Shown here: positions 58,301-64,000 of the stretch, piece after piece
Layout: every line of letters starts with the position of its first letter
Numbering within the stretch: position 1 is the first letter of the stretch
Origin: Macrostomum hystrix
Taxonomy: Eukaryota > Animalia > Platyhelminthes
Assembly: GCA_950097015.1 (NCBI GenBank)
Contig: CATNEN010000001.1
Location: 19,530,001-19,594,000, forward strand
Reading direction: 5' to 3'
Length of the DNA stretch: 64,000 bases
Made by a program: the position numbers and the translations under genes
Notes under the pieces: model-generated
Told to the model about the DNA's origin: nothing
Database searches by the model: none
The model's input: the letters and a program-made list of their open reading frames with translations, nothing else

Positions 58301-61300
58301 TACTCCAACTAAAAGGTACGTTGAGAAGGCCGCTCACTTGTTGAAGCGCGTCATGCGACTCTTCCAGTACAGCAGCTCGGCCGATGGACCAACGTCGTCC
58401 GCTTCGCGACGAATCTGCTCGGACTCGTTGAGCACCTGCTCAATCTCTTTGGCCCACTGGAGTAGCAGCTTCTCCAGCTTCTCCATGGTCTCGGAGCTGT
58501 GAACTGGATGGGATGAAGGGAAGAAAAAAATGTTGCGATGGAGAGTTCCAAAAAAGAAACAGAGGAAGAGAGAGTAGGAGAGAAGAAAGGGAAGATTTGC
58601 AAAGAGAAGTAAAGATTGGGGATTGTGGATTGGCGAAAATTGAGGAAGATTGAGGAGGAGACGGCAGAAAAAGACGGATTGAGGATTGGGAATTGAGTAT
58701 TTGGGATAGAGAATTGAGGCTTGGACATTGTGGATTGGGAAATATTGAGGAGGAGAAGGTAAAAAAGTGGACGTTTGGGAGGAGAGGGGAAGATTATGGA
58801 ATCGGGAATATTGAGGGGATAATTAGGGAGAAAAATGTTAGAAAGGGGAATATTAGGGAAGGAGAAAGAAAGATGGGATAGGGGATTAAGGGTTGGGGAT
58901 AGGGGATCGGGAAGATTGAGGAGGAAGGCTAGAAAAGGGGGTCATTGGAGAGGAGAATGAAAGATTGAGAATTGGGATCGGGAAATGGGGATGACTGATG
59001 AAGACTGAGGAGGGGGTAGGAGATGGGGAATATTGATTTCAAAGATATTCCATTGTCCCCAAGCACCAAGCCCAAGGCTGAGCTCTCACCCGCAGCCTGC
59101 AGATCCACCGGACTCTGCACCCGATGGCTAAGCTCATCAGGCGGTTTACTGAGCTGCATCTGGCCCTTCATGTTGGTCTTGGCGCTGGCCAGGATGTCCA
59201 GGAAGCGCTGGATAGCGTCCAGGAACTCTTCAATTTTAGCGCGGTTCTCGCTCTCCTTGGTTAGCGAGCCCCAGTCCTCCAGGTGCTTCAGGGCCGGGAA
59301 GAGAATGTTCCCGATGTAGCCCTCCATGGCTTCCAGGAGGCGGCCCTCGCTAGCGTCCATTGTGCTGTAGTTGATCTCGTTGGCGTAGTTGCTCTGCGTG
59401 ATGGCCTTGGTGGTGGTGCGCGTAAAGACGAAGGCCAGGCCGAGGAGTGGCTGTCGGTTGGCGAGCGAAGATAGATTTGGAATAGCATATTATAAACATC
59501 CTACATATCGTGAAAATGTAAGAGAAAAAAGATAACTTACATTGTCCTGTCCCTCGCCAATAATGAGCCGCTTGCTTGGCCCGGGATTCGTTGTTTCAGC
59601 TTTGCCGGTCTGCGATGAAAATATAAGTAAGGTAATGTGCAATTAGCTCTACTTTTATAGTAGAATATTATAGAGGAAACTGAATATTAACTTCCATCTT
59701 TTGAGCCGTATCAAACTGAACCTATTAACTAACTTTGTCCCACAACCGAGAGTCTGATAAACCTAGATGTCGGTGTGACTTAAAATTGCAACCTCAACGA
59801 GGTCCCTGGGCTCGATACCACGTCGAGGTTATAATAATGATAGTAATTGCAGGAGGGCTGCGGGCAATGGCACATATTTTGGTGACACTAGACCCGCAGC
59901 CAGCGAGGAGGCAATTCTGCCCATTTCGCTGACTCCTGAGCACACATGCACACAGATACTGTACACAGGCACATGCTCACACAGGTGTGTAAATCTGCCA
60001 TGACTTTCTCATCGTCACCACATCGACCTGTACTTTAACAATTAAAAGCGCAGCAGACACTGCACGCAGCGGGCAAATGTTTGCTGTGCGCAATTCAATG
60101 GCTCCTAGGGTCTCACACACTGAGCTCAGACTGAGCTTAAACTTGCAGCTAGGCTCTAACTTCTAGGTAGCTGTCTGCGCAAACTCTAGTGCGTACACAC
60201 GCTTATACACACATCGCTTTACAAGTCTTCATGCTGTGAGCATTACTAATCAATTCAGCACCGTAAATTTAATGTCTGCCAGAATGCAGCCTTTTAGTAA
60301 ACTCGGGGATTCTTCAATGTAGGCTATTCTCACAAGCCAAACTTGCTTTCACACCACTGCAATTGCCAAGATGTAAATTAGATTTCCTAAATGAGCTGTA
60401 GATAAACACTTCTATAACTTAATAAATGCCAGCAGCAACAGTCCATCTGTAGAGAACGGAAAGAAGAGGTCTAGAATCCTAGATTCCTAGAATCCTAGAT
60501 TCCTAGAATCCTAGATTCCTAGAATCCTAGATTCCTAGAATCCTAGATTCCTAGAATCCTAGATTCCTAGAATCCTAGATTCCTAGAATCCTAGATTCCT
60601 AGAATCCTAGATTCCTAGAATCCTAGATTCCTAGAATCCTAGATTCCTAGAATCCTAGATTCCTAGAATCCTAGATTCCTAGAATCCTAGATTCCTAGAA
60701 TCCTAGATTCCTAGAATCCTAGATTCCTAGAATCCTAGATTCCTAGAATCCTAGATTCCTAGAATCCTAGATTCCTAGAATCCTAGATTCCTAGAATCCT
60801 AGATTCCTAGAATCCTAGATTCCTAGAATCCTAGATTCCTAGAATCCTAGATTCCTTGACCTCTTCCTTCCGCTCTCTACCTCTTCCTTCCGCTCTCTAC
60901 CTCTTCCTTCCGCTCTCTACCTGTTCCTTCCGCTCTCTACCTCTTCCTTCCATCGTCTACCTCTTCCTTCCATCGTCTACCTCTTCCTTCCGCTCTCTAC
61001 CTCTTCCTTCCGCCGTCTACCTCTTACTTCCGCCGTCTACCTGTTCCTTCCGCCGTCTACCTCTTCCTTCCGCCGTCTACCTCTTACTTCCGCCGTCTAC
61101 CTGTTCCTTCCGCTCTGTACCTCTTCCTTCCGCCGTCTACCTCTTCCTTCCGCCCTCTAACCTTTCTTCCGTTTCCCCCCTTAGCACGTTTCCAAATTGC
61201 CAACACAGTCGCTACTCACGTGCTCCTGATAGTAGAAGGTCATGGATTTCGATCCGTCAATATCAAAGAACTTGTCGAAGTAGCCGAACTAAATAAAAAG

Positions 61301-63948
61301 GTTGAAGAAAATTTTAAGAATTAAATTCTGACAGATTCGAGGCAGGGATTTCAAACATCTGATCTCATCCGATCTACGAGATCTCACCTTCTTGTCCACC
61401 AGGATCCATTCTTCCACTTGGCTCTGCTCGACGCCGATTGCTTCGGCCATCTTTTCGAACATGAAACCGTGGCGCGCATCCAACTGGAATATGGGTTGGA
61501 GTTGGAGGGCTGGAGTGACCCATAGAGTGATCAGAGGGTGGTCTGGAGTGACCCATATAGAGTGATCAGAGGGTGGGCTGGAGTGACCCATAGAGTGATC
61601 AGAGGGTGGGCTGGAGTGACCCATATAGAGTGATCAGAGGGTGGGCTGGAGTGACCCATAGAGTGATCAGAGGGTGGGCTGGAGTGACCCATATAGAGTG
61701 ATCAGAAGGAGGGCTGGAGTGACCCATAGAGTGATCAGAGGGTGGGCTGGAGTGACCCATATAGAGTGATCAGAGGGTGGGCTGGAGTGACCCATAGAGT
61801 GATCAGAGGGTGGTCTGGAGTGACCCATATAGAGTGATCAGAGGGAGGGCTGGAGTGACCCATAGAGCGATTGGAGGTAAAGCTTGAGTGACCCATAGAG
61901 CGATTGGAGGTAAAGCTTGAGTGACCCATAGAGCGATTGGAGGTAAAGCTTGAGTGACCCATAGAGCGATTGGAGGTAAAGCTTGAGTGACCCATAGAGC
62001 GATTGGAGGTAAAGCTTGAGTGACCCATAGAGTGATTGGAGGGAAGGTTCGAAAGACGCATGGAGTGATTAGGGGTGTAGAAGGAGTGACCCATAGAGTG
62101 ATTGGAGGGAGGGCTGGAGTGACCCATAGAGTGATTGGAGGGAGGGCTGGAGTGACCCATATCGTGATTGGAGGTATGTTTGTAGTGACCCTATGATTTA
62201 TTTTAGACGCCAGATTTCGAAATTTTTGCATTTAATATATTGCGTAAAGAGTTAAATATAGAATCTGCATAGTAATTTGCTCTTATCAATATAAGTGAAA
62301 AATTGTAACAATAAACTGTTTATGAAATGCCGAAAATGTATTCCAGCCTGATAAGAACAGCGAATTTGGCCCCGCCCCTGTCAGGTATGCAAATTAGAAA
62401 TAGCTTAGGGTCAAGAACACGTGGGCGATATGTAAATTAGTGGTGACAGAACTGTGTGCCACTCCTAATATATTAGTGCCTATAGCAGACAGTAAACTCC
62501 ACTGTTCTGAACCATTCTGCTATCACTTGCGTACAGCCCTTAATTAGTGTATGAGAAATCCTATGAGGAGAAAGCATAATATTTTACGCTAATTAGATGC
62601 GAATTTCTAATTTGTACATTACATTCTAAAGCCAAAGCTCTATCTCCCATCCATTCTCACCCTGGTGTCTCGCTTCTCTCTTCTCTACCATCCCTTCTCA
62701 CCCTGGTGTCTCGCTTCTCTCCCATCACTTCTCACCCTGGTGTCTCGCTTCTCTCCCATCCCTTCTCACCCTGGTGTCTCGCTTCTCTCCCATCCCTTCT
62801 CACCCTGGTGTCTCGCTTCTCTCCCATTTCTTCTCACCCTGGTGTCTCGCTTCTCTTCCACCCTTCTCACCCTGGTGTCTCGCTTCTCTCCTCTCTCCCA
62901 TCCCTTCTCACCCTGGTGTCTCGCTTCTCTCCCATCCCTTCTCACCCTGGTGTCTCGCTTCTCTCCCATCCCTTCTCACCCTGGTGTCTCGCTTCTCTCC
63001 CATCCCTTCTCACCCTGGTGTCTCGCTTCTCTCCCATCCCTTCTCACCCTGGTGTCTCGCTTCTCTCCCATCCCTTCTCACCCTGGTGTCTCGCTTCTCT
63101 CCCATCCCTTCTCACCCTGGTGTCTCGCTTCTCTCCCATCCCTTCTCACCCTGGTGTCTCGCTTCTCTCCCATCCCTTCTCACCCTGGTGTCTCGCTTCT
63201 CTCTCATCCCTTCTCACCCTGGTGTCTCGCTTCTCTCCCATCCCTTCTCACCCTGGTGTCTCGCTTCTCTCCCATCCCTTCTCACCCTGGTGTCTCGCTT
63301 CTCTCCCATCCCTTCTCACCCTGGTGTCTCGCTTCTCTCCCATCCCTTCTCACCCTGGTGTCTCGCTTCTCTCCCATCCCTTCTCACCCTGGTGTCTCGC
63401 TTCTCTCCCATCCCTTCTCACCCTGGTGTCTCGCTTCTCTCCCATTTCTTCTCACCCTGGTGTCTCTCTTCTCTCCCATCCCTTCTCACCCTGGTGTCTC
63501 GCTTCTCTCCCATTTCTTCTCACCCTGGTGTCTCGCTTCTCTTCCACCCTTCTCACCCTGGTGTCTCGCTTCTCTCTTCTCTCCCATAACTTCTCACCCT
63601 GGTGTCTCGCTTCTCTCCTCTCTCCCATAACTTCTCACCCTGGCGTCTCGCATCTCTCTTATCCCTTCTCACCCTGGAGTCTACCATCCATCCCTACTAA
63701 GAAAAAAAGTGCTCACCTGAGACCTCCGGGTCTCCTTGAGCTCCTTGAGCTTGATGGCCTGCTGACGAGCCTGCTCCGTGGAGGTCAATGGCGGCTTCTT
63801 GACGGTAGCGGGCGCAGTCTAAAGATTTTTGAAACAAACAAATCGAAAGATTGTAATAAATTAAAAATTATAATAAAAATATTTTAATTTCGTCTCACCT
63901 TGGCTGCAGGAGTCTTGGGAGCCTGCTGTTGTGCATCTTTCGGTTGCT
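43359..63948 (-). CDS. DNAH5: Axonemal outer-arm dynein heavy chain (gamma type, DNAH5/DNAH8 orthologue); first exon(s) outside the window
   Basis: 22 GT-AG, phase-consistent exons: 63948-63899, 63818-63717, 61483-61388, 61288-61220, 59609-59541, 59450-59090, 58503-58338, 57846-56491, 56396-56245, 55988-55781, 55725-54984, 54893-54813, 54645-54122, 53982-51978, 51878-51690, 51602-50508, 50427-47509, 47405-47010, 46895-44991, 44860-44481, 44366-44207, 44111-43359 (about 4590 aa). P-loops [32 protein letters not shown]; N-terminal LDARH; C-terminus [13 protein letters not shown]. Confidence 0.95.
57884..58246 (-). mobile_element. Full-length tRNA-derived SINE (363 bp) with TSD, in a dynein intron
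   Basis: A box TGGCAGAGCGG, B box GTTCGATTC, (ATT)n tail, perfect 13-bp TSD GATAATAGCCTTA (57871-57883, 58247-58259). Confidence 0.93.
58510..59040. repeat. Low-complexity GA-rich intronic tract
   Basis: Strong purine bias with degenerate GGAAGATTGAGGAGGA units. Confidence 0.7.
59829..60016 (-). mobile_element. SINE 3' half in a dynein intron
   Basis: Near-identical to 57895-58066 with a degenerate ATT tail; 5' truncated within the central hairpin. Confidence 0.85.
60471..60856. repeat. 16-bp perfect satellite (CTAGAATCCTAGATTC)
   Basis: 24 identical units; a dimer of CTAGA(A/T)TC. Confidence 0.95.
60859..61165. repeat. 20-bp pyrimidine-rich minisatellite (CTCTTCCTTCCGCTCTCTAC)
   Basis: About 15 units abutting the 16-mer array. 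Confidence 0.9.
61500..62195. repeat. 33/35-bp minisatellite (GGAGTGACCCATAGAGTGATCAGAGGGTGGGCT)
   Basis: About 20 units in two subtypes, starting just beyond the splice acceptor at 61484. Confidence 0.92.
62643..63692. repeat. 34-bp minisatellite (CTGGTGTCTCGCTTCTCTCCCATCCCTTCTCACC)
   Basis: About 30 units ending just before the splice donor at 63716. Confidence 0.93.
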
Positions 63949-64000
63949 CTGAAGAATTAACAAAACTAATTTTCTGATTAATCAGTTATCATTTCAGATA

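Noticed and set aside
62665-63887. Long ORFs in three frames (271-393 aa)
   Set aside because: Stop-free 34-bp minisatellite inside a dynein intron.
43359-63948. Non-canonical introns or frameshifts in the dynein gene
   Set aside because: All 21 in-window introns resolve as GT-AG with matching phase and the summed length fits DNAH5/8.

Overview
Eukaryotic (metazoan) genomic DNA with spliceosomal introns. Gene style, the SINE family and the dense minisatellites suggest a free-living flatworm such as Macrostomum (inference, not verified). Five host genes, all on the minus strand: an intronless secreted double C-type lectin with a possible LamG-like tail (4479-6116), a divergent SLC17/VGLUT-like MFS transporter (4 exons, 10291-14218), eIF3g (3 exons, 15040-16852), a delta-type protocadherin (3 coding exons, 22897-34751) and an almost complete axonemal outer-arm dynein heavy chain of the DNAH5/8 type (22 phase-consistent exons, 43359-63948, start just outside the window). 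The rest is transposon- and repeat-rich: a three-level nest (Ty1/copia inside Ty3/gypsy inside a condensed LOA-like LINE), a Helitron carrying a hAT MITE directly upstream of eIF3g, a Merlin remnant, several MITEs, at least 8 copies of a highly structured tRNA-derived SINE, a 1.34-kb direct duplication bounded by an 18-bp minisatellite, and about ten distinct tandem arrays. I cannot demonstrate a new biological system. The best leads are the structured SINE, the condensed mini-LINEs, a strand-biased hairpin element, a TAGGCCTA footprint cluster and a possible trans-spliced eIF3g-SLC17 operon.
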